Assembly: GCA_964631415.1 (NCBI GenBank)
Contig: CAZVZC010000004.1
Coordinates: 1-64,000 of the forward strand
DNA: 64,000 nucleotides
Direction of reading: 5' to 3'
Origin: an uncultured archaeon
GTDB lineage: Archaea; Asgardarchaeota; Thorarchaeia; Thorarchaeales; Thorarchaeaceae
Positions 38,222-47,040 of this stretch are shown piece by piece. Within the stretch, counting starts at the first letter, position 1. The number at the start of each line of letters is the position of its first letter. The position numbers and the translations under genes are program-made. The notes under the pieces were generated by a model that had not been told where the DNA came from, searched no databases, and saw nothing but the letters and a program-made list of their open reading frames with translations.

Positions 38222-38836
38222 TCATACCCGTCTGGCATGCGGAATCCGCGACACCAGTGACTGCCAGACCCAGCTGAACAATGGTGTCAGCAAGAACACT
38301 GTGGGGACACCGACTGTCAACAGTGGAAGTAGTACGAATCCCAGCGCCACTAGGTCAGCGTAGACTTCCACGGTGAGGCCGACCACAACCGTGACAAGCA
38401 CTGTAAAGACGAAGCCAATTACAGACATGATCGACAGTTTGGCTAGTGAGCGACCATTTCCGAAGTCATACCGAACAAGGCCCACGATGAAGCCCATCAA
38501 TCCGAAGGCCAAAGGATTCAACGAAACAGTCACGACAGTGCCGAAGAACAGAAGCCCATAGAGCAGCGCACCCAGATATCCGGTCAGCAATCCTGCCAAA
38601 GGCCCCCTAATGGCCCCGACCGTTGAGATGACTGCGAGAGCCGGCCAAAGTCCGAGTTTGAAGAGGTCAACCATTACGTACGGCTCAGGTGGGATCGACA
38701 GGACGACGAAGAACGTCACGCCTGCGGCCGCAGATGCGATTGTCCAGAGTATGGCATTGCGGTCCTGTATGTAGAAGAGTTCAGAAACTGTTCGCCTCTC
38801 TTTCTGATTGACATGAGCGTCTGCCTCTTGAGCCAT
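38222..38836 (-). CDS. ECF transporter S component
   Basis: G...GPLAGLLTG.LG motif; five to six TM helices. Confidence 0.7.
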   Translation of the reverse strand: MAQEADAHVNQKERRTVSELFYIQDRNAILWTIASAAAGVTFFVVLSIPPEPYVMVDLFKLGLWPALAVISTVGAIRGPLAGLLTGYLGALLYGLLFFGTVVTVSLNPLAFGLMGFIVGLVRYDFGNGRSLAKLSIMSVIGFVFTVLVTVVVGLTVEVYADLVALGFVLLPLLTVGVPTVFLLTPLFSWVWQSLVSRIPHARRV

Positions 38837-38839
38837 GCT

Positions 38840-40495
38840 TCACCCTCCTGCAACAATGACCAGATGATATGTGCCCGGGTTCAGCGTCAACACGTAGTCA
38901 GATCCAGATGCAGTGAGCTGCCCCAAGGAGCGACCTCCCGAGTATGCACTGGGCACAGACCCGAAATTGCTGAAGGTCAGGGTTGCCGTCTGGTCTATCC
39001 GTACATTCAATACGAAGCCCTCCTTGTCAGGGTCCCACTGAGCTTGGTACACCCACATTCTGTCATCATCTGCCTGAGAGATGTATGGATAGCCCCAGAA
39101 CTCAGCAGGCCGTGGGTCACCTAGGTCCTTGATTGTCACTGGTACTGTGGCCCAGAGCCATCCGTAGGCCATACTCGACTGGAGGAACGGCTCTATGGCC
39201 ATTGTATCCCAGTGCATTGCACGGCCATCAGCCGACCAGACCTTGTTGTATGGGGACCACATGAAGTTGACAATCCGATCTCTGGTGATCAAATCTCCTC
39301 TCTGTTGAGCAAGCGCCACAGCATAGAGGTTGGACAACATGTCGAACTCATCAAACTTGGTAGGGCAGTTGTACGTATCAATCATGGAAAGCTGGTCGGC
39401 AGAGATCTCCTTGGAGTAGTGCTCAAGAAACGTGGAGTAGTCTTGAGCAACTATGCTCTCGTTGGTGTGCTCTATGAATAACAGTGACCATGCTACACCA
39501 TATCCCTGCACAATGGGGCGTCCGTCTCGAACGAAGGGGTCTAGCATCTTGCCAGGAAACTGCTGTACCGGGCCACCGCCAGTCTGATTGAAGCCCATTG
39601 GGCGTTGCACGAAGTACTCGTCAGTATAGAGACCATAGTCGTCCGTCATGTTTGCCTCAATGAATCCCAGACCATAGTCCCACATTCCGCTCTCCATATA
39701 GCTCGTGTTGTGAATATCGTCATACAGCTCTGTGAAGAACAGCGGGATGACATTGCACTGAACCCATACGGCATACGGCTGACATGGAATGAGCCCGCAC
39801 TCCCATATCCCGCTCTCTCGTGCATTGCCCAGTCCATCAGTTGTCAGCGAGTTGTTCCAGTCGCGCATGTACCAGTCGTACTCGCTGAAGAACTCGCCCG
39901 TATTGAAGCTCCGCTCATAGAGGAGCTCCATCAATGCATAGTGACCAGTCCACATTATGTTAGCTGGGCCTCTGAAACCCCCTGTGAAGATGTCATCTCC
40001 GTCAGGATGTATCGGGTCTGGGTAGTAGTACTTGGTCCAGTTCGAGTAGCCGATGACAGGACGAATCCACTCCATGGACTCGATCGAGGTTTCGCCATAC
40101 TCCTCCTCGGTGGTGTTCATCTTCTTGATGAGGTCGTATGCCATGTCCGAGTAGTAGTCAGTCCTGTAACCCGAGGTGACCTCGAACAGCCTTGCGATTG
40201 AGTAGGTCATGAATGCCAGTTGGTAGTGGACCAAATAGTAGACATCAGAACCAACGTTCCATCCGTCCCACAAACCGTATGGCTGCTCGACAAGTCCGCG
40301 TATGTAGTTGTACGCTGCGATTTGCTCATGAGTCAGTGACGGGTAGTCTGCCAGATTGAAGACTATACCATTGACTACTTGTATACTCGTCAGTGTTGCC
40401 GGGCCGGGCAGGTTACCGAAGGTCAGTCCTGCAAGAGCAATGGTGATGACGAGGGTGGTGATGAGGAACTTGCTGGCTTTGGGCGATTGACTCAT
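38840..40495 (-). CDS. Secreted linalool dehydratase/isomerase (LinD)-like protein
   Basis: YQLAFMTY, NIMWTGH, GLIPCQP..VWVQCN and YDDIHNTSY match recalled LinD motifs (YELAF, NIMYKGH, CEP..YFVQCN, YDRLHGTDY); N-terminal signal/TM. Confidence 0.75.
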   Translation of the reverse strand: MSQSPKASKFLITTLVITIALAGLTFGNLPGPATLTSIQVVNGIVFNLADYPSLTHEQIAAYNYIRGLVEQPYGLWDGWNVGSDVYYLVHYQLAFMTYSIARLFEVTSGYRTDYYSDMAYDLIKKMNTTEEEYGETSIESMEWIRPVIGYSNWTKYYYPDPIHPDGDDIFTGGFRGPANIMWTGHYALMELLYERSFNTGEFFSEYDWYMRDWNNSLTTDGLGNARESGIWECGLIPCQPYAVWVQCNVIPLFFTELYDDIHNTSYMESGMWDYGLGFIEANMTDDYGLYTDEYFVQRPMGFNQTGGGPVQQFPGKMLDPFVRDGRPIVQGYGVAWSLLFIEHTNESIVAQDYSTFLEHYSKEISADQLSMIDTYNCPTKFDEFDMLSNLYAVALAQQRGDLITRDRIVNFMWSPYNKVWSADGRAMHWDTMAIEPFLQSSMAYGWLWATVPVTIKDLGDPRPAEFWGYPYISQADDDRMWVYQAQWDPDKEGFVLNVRIDQTATLTFSNFGSVPSAYSGGRSLGQLTASGSDYVLTLNPGTYHLVIVAGG

Positions 40496-40733
40496 GTGAG
40501 CACCTCAAACGGATTGCGGACAGGTTTCGGAACGCCCGGTGGTTCGTGAGTTATATACCTTCCAACCTCAACGATTATCACGTCGGCAGTTGACGTAGCG
40601 CCAACTGCTATTCATGAAACCGTCTTTGAAGGGAGGAACCTGCATGGGGCGTGAGATATTGACTGGTATGATCCCCGTGCGAATGCCCAAGCAAAGAGAG
40701 GATTGCTCGACGCGTTTGTGCTCAATCCCTTGA

Positions 40734-41999
40734 CTAGTACTCTGGCTCTACGTTTGCTCTGACACTCGGAAACAACAGCCTGACGATGGGTTTCATTGAC
40801 GCCCTGCAGGAAACATCTGGCTCATGGAGCTGCAATTCATCGAGGGTTTCGTAGCCCATAATCAGACGGGTCAATGCATCAGGAGAGAATGCCGCATCAT
40901 AATGTGCCGTACCGGCATCCTTGCCTTGAGTGACCTTGTGGAAAGCCCCATTCTCGAATTGGAGCGTGTAGAGGTCCCTGTAACTACTGATGATCAGGTT
41001 GCCTGTGAAGTTGTCATACTCAGTCCCCTTCAAGCGCTTTGTCAAGACAGATCCTATCGTTTCAAGAAAAGATGCGACTGAAGGAATCTTCACATACCAC
41101 GCATAGACTCTCGGGAAGTGGTTGCGTGCAATCGCCATGACGACCTCTCTGACTGCTTCTTGGTCCGGAGGCACAACTCTGATACAGACTCCTCCAAGCT
41201 TAGTCGCCATGGCCTCCACGTGGCGCAATACACTTGCAGTGTGCTGTGGATTCTCTAGACAGAGCTCTGCAAGATTCAGCACCCCTTCGTCGCAGCGCAA
41301 CGAGAATGAGCCAACTATCGCACCTGCTTCTCTCACAGTGAAGAAGTTGTATGCGTAGCAGGTGAGCGAAACATCCGCATAATCGAGGTAGTCGTACTCG
41401 ATAGACCTGAACTTTCGATAGAATGTGTGTTTCGGAGCGTGTTTCGCTCTGAATCTGAGGAACTGGTCGAGGCTCTTCTTGTTCACTCTCACGACGCTGA
41501 CAGGCTCTGATTCTGCATCCTTGAGCTTGGGAATCAGCTCCGAAGGGACTATTAGGCCACCACCTAGAGATGCCGCATATTCGTACCCAAACATCCTGTA
41601 GAAGTATGGAATCCCTGCGATGACCCAGATCAAGACGCCCCGTTGCAGTGCTCGTTCTTCGTAGGCCTCGTTGAGCTTTCGGATGAGTCCTCTATTCCTG
41701 TACTCCTTTCGAGTGCCCACCATCTCCATTTGTGCCGCGGGAATCTCGGCTCCATCGATCACCCATGTCACCGGGAGCAGCATGATATGGGAAACCACGG
41801 TTCCGCTGTTCGAATCGACTACGATGAAGCTGTCTTCTAGTTTGAAGTCCGCCATCCTTCTGTATATCGATTCTGTGAGCCCGACGACCCCTTCGTCATG
41901 GACGATAAGATTATGCTCCAATATAGCAGAAAGATCCTCCATTGTGGCTGTCTTCAGAATCAGCCCATCACCGAGTTCCCTGTTCACTTTCCTATCCAC
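40734..41999 (-). CDS. Eis-like GNAT N-acetyltransferase
   Basis: VGT..EYRNRGL and GIPYFYR.FGYEY motifs; SCP2-like C-terminus. Confidence 0.88.
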   Translation of the reverse strand: MDRKVNRELGDGLILKTATMEDLSAILEHNLIVHDEGVVGLTESIYRRMADFKLEDSFIVVDSNSGTVVSHIMLLPVTWVIDGAEIPAAQMEMVGTRKEYRNRGLIRKLNEAYEERALQRGVLIWVIAGIPYFYRMFGYEYAASLGGGLIVPSELIPKLKDAESEPVSVVRVNKKSLDQFLRFRAKHAPKHTFYRKFRSIEYDYLDYADVSLTCYAYNFFTVREAGAIVGSFSLRCDEGVLNLAELCLENPQHTASVLRHVEAMATKLGGVCIRVVPPDQEAVREVVMAIARNHFPRVYAWYVKIPSVASFLETIGSVLTKRLKGTEYDNFTGNLIISSYRDLYTLQFENGAFHKVTQGKDAGTAHYDAAFSPDALTRLIMGYETLDELQLHEPDVSCRASMKPIVRLLFPSVRANVEPEY

Positions 42000-42202
42000 A
42001 ACCTCTGGGCAATACTGTAGATTCGATGCCTTGGGCACAGAAAGCCTGCCGGAAGCGCACCAATGGCCTGTGACAACCAAGCCAGCCCCTTTATAGTTCA
42101 CCTTCAATCGATTCTCGGCCGTTGCAACGGGAAGACGCTTCTTGGACATCGTTAATAAGAGGCGGTTTGGCCGTAAGACTACAGGTCGGGGCGTGCTCAC
42201 GA

Positions 42203-43558
42203 ATGCTGCCGCTACGCAAAAAAATCGGTTACGCCATGGGTCGGTTTCCGTCCTTTCTGATGACGTTCATCACGCTCACGAGTTTCTACATCTACGGCCA
42301 TAGGTTTGAGCTGAACTGGCTGCTGACTGGCATATCTCTGTCTGCCTCGTATGTCGTGATTGGCCTGACCCACTGGTTCACAGGATACTACAGTGATAGT
42401 TTGAAGACACGATGGGGGCGTCGACGCCCTTTTGTCGTGCTGGGAACACCGGCTCTGATCGTTTCCGGCTTCCTGCTCTTCGTACCCAACTGGTTCCTTG
42501 ACATCGCCGACCCAGCCACTGAAACTCTGGTGTTTGTTTACTACCTTACGACTCTGTGTTTGTTCAAGTTCTCCTATGCATTTCTGATGACGGCGTACCA
42601 GGCTTGGTTGCCAGAGATTACCGATGAGAACGAGAGGCCGCTGGTGTCGAGCATGCAGAACACCGTCAACTGGTTTGCTGACTCGAGTGGTGCCGTGTTA
42701 GGAGTGATGTCAGCACTGCTCTTCTTGCAGGTGCCACCATACACCCTGACCAGTGATGGTGTCATGATTCTTGTGGCGTTCTGCCTTGTGACACTGGTGT
42801 TCAGTCTCCCCTCTATTCTCTTCATCAGGGAGAAACCAGACATCATAATCCCGGCAAGGAAATTGAGAGAGGAAACGAGTGTCGTCCTGCACAACCGTAC
42901 CTATGTGGGTTGGATACTTGCCGTAGGCTTTCTGTCCTTCACCTTCTCGGCATTCACAAGCCAGATCGTGGGGTTCCTAGAGCAGGTACTGAACCTCACA
43001 ACAATCGAGTCGCTCATTCCTGCTGCACTCACCATGCTTGGATCCGTTTTCGTCTTCCTGTACCTCTGGATTACCGCGATACGTCGAATCGGCAAGCGAA
43101 AGTCGCTCATAGCAGGGCTCATTCTCCTTGCAGTCATGCTCCCTCTCACACCATTCTTGCGCGATATAGGCGGCTCAATTGGCTATACAGTCGTCGCCAT
43201 AATGTTCTTTGTACCCTTCGGAGCCGGCATGGCAATCTACTATCTCATGAGTTACATCGTGCCCGCAGACATCGCTCAAGTCGACGAGATTGTTTCTGGC
43301 GAGAGCCGTTCTGGAATGTACACAGGCTTCCTTGGCGTGCCTCTGAACATGTTCCAAGCAGCCTCAGCGCTAGTCCTCGGGTGGCTCATGGACTACTCGG
43401 AAGTGATGACGGGCGGCGAGCTATGGGGTCTGATGTGGTGGGGCCCGGTCTTCGCACCCACGCTACTGATCGCCGCATTGGTGCTTCACTTTATTGACAT
43501 CGACCCCGACTTCAACTCGTTGAGGACACAAACAGAAACAAGTGAGAGCGAAAGGTAG
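42203..43558 (+). CDS. MFS transporter (GPH/MelB-like)
   Basis: GY.SD..KTRWGRRRPF, PEIT..ER and ADI..VDE..G..R.GMY.G motifs. Confidence 0.92.
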   Translation: MLPLRKKIGYAMGRFPSFLMTFITLTSFYIYGHRFELNWLLTGISLSASYVVIGLTHWFTGYYSDSLKTRWGRRRPFVVLGTPALIVSGFLLFVPNWFLDIADPATETLVFVYYLTTLCLFKFSYAFLMTAYQAWLPEITDENERPLVSSMQNTVNWFADSSGAVLGVMSALLFLQVPPYTLTSDGVMILVAFCLVTLVFSLPSILFIREKPDIIIPARKLREETSVVLHNRTYVGWILAVGFLSFTFSAFTSQIVGFLEQVLNLTTIESLIPAALTMLGSVFVFLYLWITAIRRIGKRKSLIAGLILLAVMLPLTPFLRDIGGSIGYTVVAIMFFVPFGAGMAIYYLMSYIVPADIAQVDEIVSGESRSGMYTGFLGVPLNMFQAASALVLGWLMDYSEVMTGGELWGLMWWGPVFAPTLLIAALVLHFIDIDPDFNSLRTQTETSESER

Positions 43559-43655
43559 ACTGTTACCTCGGCCCTGCCCTCCTTCCAAGACAGGGCATTG
43601 CACAAGATTACATTATATGCCGCGTGAGGTAGCACAGTCGGTAGTGGTGCATGTT

Positions 43656-44216
43656 ATGAACCGGTCCTGTCTGCTATGCTTGTACACCATCTTCTTTCTC
43701 GTCGGGCTCTTCGGTCTGGTATACGGAGGCCTCGGGTTCCTCACAGTGGGGCTCTTCGGTGCGATTCCTGGCTCAGGACTCCCTCCTGTCCTTCCAATCT
43801 CAATCGGCGTGGTCTTAGGGTTTGGAGGACTGTTCATGATTGTCAGCATGCTCAGGAAAGGTTCGATGATGTCTAGAGTCGTCGCCGTTGCCAGCGCTCA
43901 TGACAAGATAGGAATGGATGACATCAGCCGTGAGTCGGGCGTCGGCCCTACGAAAGTGAAGAGTCTGCTGTATGAGGCCATTGCGAAGGGACAGCTGCAT
44001 GGTACAGTAAAAGAGTACACATTCATACGTGCCGAGCAGAAACCTGGTGAGAAGGTGACTATAGAAAGAGAGGTTCTCGTGTCACGCAAGCCCCCTGACC
44101 GCTGCATCAAGTGTGGAGCGTCCATCAACCCCAAGGACGTGGAGTGGGTGGGGCCAGACCAAGTCAGATGCCCACACTGCGGTACGACATTGTCCGTTTC
44201 GACCGAACGCATCTGA
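43656..44216 (+). CDS. 2-TM membrane protein with PCI-like winged helix and zinc ribbon
   Basis: I.MDDIS...GV...VK.LL.EAI.KG.L.G; CIKC..CPHC. Confidence 0.7.
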   Translation: MNRSCLLCLYTIFFLVGLFGLVYGGLGFLTVGLFGAIPGSGLPPVLPISIGVVLGFGGLFMIVSMLRKGSMMSRVVAVASAHDKIGMDDISRESGVGPTKVKSLLYEAIAKGQLHGTVKEYTFIRAEQKPGEKVTIEREVLVSRKPPDRCIKCGASINPKDVEWVGPDQVRCPHCGTTLSVSTERI

Positions 44217-44300
44217 ACGAGCATCCGTCCCGTTTCAGTGTGCCTTAATAGCGTCAATTCTCAGCTTACGCCAGTTACAGTCCCCGAGTTGAATCAAAGC

Positions 44301-45128
44301 ATGCTCGATTTCAAGGGAGAGAATCGCATTCTCCAGTTTGAAGAGAGTGCAGGTAGGATTGTTTCCGAAGTGTCAACCCTTGATGGTGTGGTTGGCATCG
44401 TCTTCCTTGGCGGGCTCGTGAGAGGCTTCACGGACAGGTCCTCAGACCTTGACATAACGGTCTTTCTAGACGAAGAAGACCAGGGCCTGAGGAGAAAGAT
44501 CGGACGGATAGGGCTTGAGGAACAGAAGAGGACAGGCGTTGATGTGGATCTTGAGGTTCACTGCCTTGAAAACTTCGAGAGGAAACGCTGGAGCGAGGTC
44601 GATAGATGGGACTACAGTATTGCCAAGGTCGTATTCGATCCCATCGGCAAGGTGACCAAGATGATTAGCACGAAGCTAGAAGTTCCAGAAGAGTTCTGGG
44701 TGAGGCGGGTCGTGCTGTGCGCAGAATACATGAAGTGGTATTGCTGTCCACCGAGCAACAACATTGGCACAATCGCCGAAACTTCAGTCGAGAGAGGTGA
44801 CTTGGCCACGGCACAATACTGCCTGAATTATGGGCTTGACCTGCTGTTTAGGACCCTCTTCGCTATCAACAAGACCTTCCTCCCACCTCAGAAATGGCGG
44901 CTCATCTACGCCCGCAACCTGCCCTGGCTTCCCAGAAACTATGAGAGCACGCTAGCGGATCTCCTCACAGTCAAGAGCATTTCGAAGAAAGATGTGAGCA
45001 GAAGAATCGGACTGATCCGCAGTCTGTGGTCGGATATGTCAGTGAAGATGACAAAAGACATGGGACTGAGCCCGGACGCGGTTTCAAGATACTATATTGA
45101 GAAACACCTGCATCAAGCGTCGGGCTGA
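44301..45128 (+). CDS. Nucleotidyltransferase with DUF4037-like domain
   Basis: GG..RGF.D.SSDLD and FA.N..F.P..KW motifs. Confidence 0.8.
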   Translation: MLDFKGENRILQFEESAGRIVSEVSTLDGVVGIVFLGGLVRGFTDRSSDLDITVFLDEEDQGLRRKIGRIGLEEQKRTGVDVDLEVHCLENFERKRWSEVDRWDYSIAKVVFDPIGKVTKMISTKLEVPEEFWVRRVVLCAEYMKWYCCPPSNNIGTIAETSVERGDLATAQYCLNYGLDLLFRTLFAINKTFLPPQKWRLIYARNLPWLPRNYESTLADLLTVKSISKKDVSRRIGLIRSLWSDMSVKMTKDMGLSPDAVSRYYIEKHLHQASG

Positions 45129-45237
45129 GCGAGAAGTGAACTTTGAAGGAACATCGCTCTGTGAACGCTAGGCTGAATAGGGCGCCAGTCATGAGCATTT
45201 GTCAGTTCCTCAATGGAGCCGTGGCCCGGTGTAAGAG

Positions 45238-45975
45238 TTGAGCAACCAGAACATTCGTGCAATCGTATTCGACTTGGACGACACCCTGTACACATCAGAT
45301 GCGAGAATGCTGGATGTAGCTCGAAGGCTGTTGGGGGAGGTTGGCCTAGACAAATGCAGTGGTCTATCTGATCAACGCCTTCAGGAAGCGTTTACTCGAG
45401 GACCAGACCGATGGCTCAGCGGGTATATGCAGAAGAACGACGCCGACCGACACTGGAAACCCTCTCGTGATTTGTGGGTTGAGTACGGCCGAAGGTTGCT
45501 GCAATCACTGGGAGTCAAGGAGTCCAAGGAATTCGCAGCGAACATGATTCTCAGATGGATGGGCTACGGAGTGGACATGCGCTCTCACTTGCCAGAGAAG
45601 TCTAAGCTGATTCTTGAAGAGTTACACTCGAGAAACTACAGGTTGGGACTGGCGACAAACCGGTGGGAAGACCCGACGCCGCTTCTTGATAGAGACTCAA
45701 TACTGCACCTGTTCGATGCAGTGGAGTATTCACGTGTGCCCGGCTACATGAAGCCCTCTCCGTTCATGCTGATTCAAGCCGCATCTCGTTTGGGCACTAA
45801 TCCCGCCAGATGTGCTTATGTTGGGGACTTCGTTAGCATTGACATCGAGGCAGCAAAGAGAGCAGGGATGAAACCATACCTCCTCACATGTTACAGCCAT
45901 AACCACATGGAACAGATTCCACCGGAAGTGATTGTTGTGGAGAGAATCATGGAACTGCTGGACTTGTTCCCCTAA
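45238..45975 (+). CDS. HAD family hydrolase
   Basis: FDLDDTL, TN, KP.P and YVGD..D motifs. Confidence 0.92.
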   Translation: MSNQNIRAIVFDLDDTLYTSDARMLDVARRLLGEVGLDKCSGLSDQRLQEAFTRGPDRWLSGYMQKNDADRHWKPSRDLWVEYGRRLLQSLGVKESKEFAANMILRWMGYGVDMRSHLPEKSKLILEELHSRNYRLGLATNRWEDPTPLLDRDSILHLFDAVEYSRVPGYMKPSPFMLIQAASRLGTNPARCAYVGDFVSIDIEAAKRAGMKPYLLTCYSHNHMEQIPPEVIVVERIMELLDLFP

Positions 45976-46150
45976 AGCGCCAATGTGTTGTTTACCTCGT
46001 GGACCACGACGTGAAACTGGTCCAAAGGTCATGAATGCCTATCTCTTGTCCTCAACCTGGCAGAAGGAATAAAGGAAACAGATAGATACGCTTCATCTAA
46101 CAGTCCCTCAAGAGAACCACACACACACAGACGCTATGTGAGGTGAATCC

Positions 46151-47023
46151 ATGACCGATTCCATGACATCCACTAAGACCATCATTCGTGCTCCAATGGC
46201 TGAAGAGAGAGAACGGTTCTACCAAGTCTACAACACCGGTCTGCCCAATGTCGATGAGATTGCTTTCGATCGATTCTCAAAATGGTGGGAAACAAGCACC
46301 AACAATGGGGACCTCGAGAAACTGTGGAGAGTAGCCGTCTTAGAACACCAAATCGTCGGGGTTGTGATTAACGCCGTTTTAGAACCACTGAGATGGGGCA
46401 TGGTCTGGGAGTTGGCTGTACTTCCTAAACATCGAAACAAGGGCATAGGTTCCAGACTCATTAAAGAGTCGGAGCGATTGCTCGTCAAGCACGGAGGAGA
46501 AATCACGCATTTTGCCATTGGTGTGAAGACCCACAACACGCGTGCCTTCTCTCTCTATGAGAAGCTGGGCTACGGAGTGCAATTCTTGGTCCTTCGGTTG
46601 AGAGGCAAGGTCTGGAAGCCCGAGAAGACCCCATCAGTTTCGATTCACAATGCAGATGTCCGACATGCCGGAAGACTGTCGCGCCTTGTTTCCAATGCCT
46701 ACTGGAGTACCAGAACAAAGGACAGCTGGAGGAGGCTGATTCCCATGGGGGACTGGCACGTGCTCACAACAAGAGAGGACTCGAAGATAGTTGGTGCCGT
46801 GAGCCTATCTGAGGATAAGAAGACCGGCAGCACCGAAGTGTCATTCAGCGCGAAACGCGGATTCGGTAACAGTGTGCTCGATGCTGCTTTGGACCTGGTG
46901 AAGACGAAGCAAATCGATCTCTGGCTACAGGACGATCACCAAGACATCCTCGAGTATGTCTATCGGAGGGGGCTGAAGCGCGTCGACTCTGAGTATCTTC
47001 TGAAGAAACGCGTTGGCAAGTGA
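46151..47023 (+). CDS. GNAT family N-acetyltransferase
   Basis: LAV.P.HRNKGIG and N..A..LYEKLGY motifs; GAGGTGA SD. Confidence 0.9.
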   Translation: MTDSMTSTKTIIRAPMAEERERFYQVYNTGLPNVDEIAFDRFSKWWETSTNNGDLEKLWRVAVLEHQIVGVVINAVLEPLRWGMVWELAVLPKHRNKGIGSRLIKESERLLVKHGGEITHFAIGVKTHNTRAFSLYEKLGYGVQFLVLRLRGKVWKPEKTPSVSIHNADVRHAGRLSRLVSNAYWSTRTKDSWRRLIPMGDWHVLTTREDSKIVGAVSLSEDKKTGSTEVSFSAKRGFGNSVLDAALDLVKTKQIDLWLQDDHQDILEYVYRRGLKRVDSEYLLKKRVGK

Positions 47024-47040
47024 ATTATGAGGTGATACTC

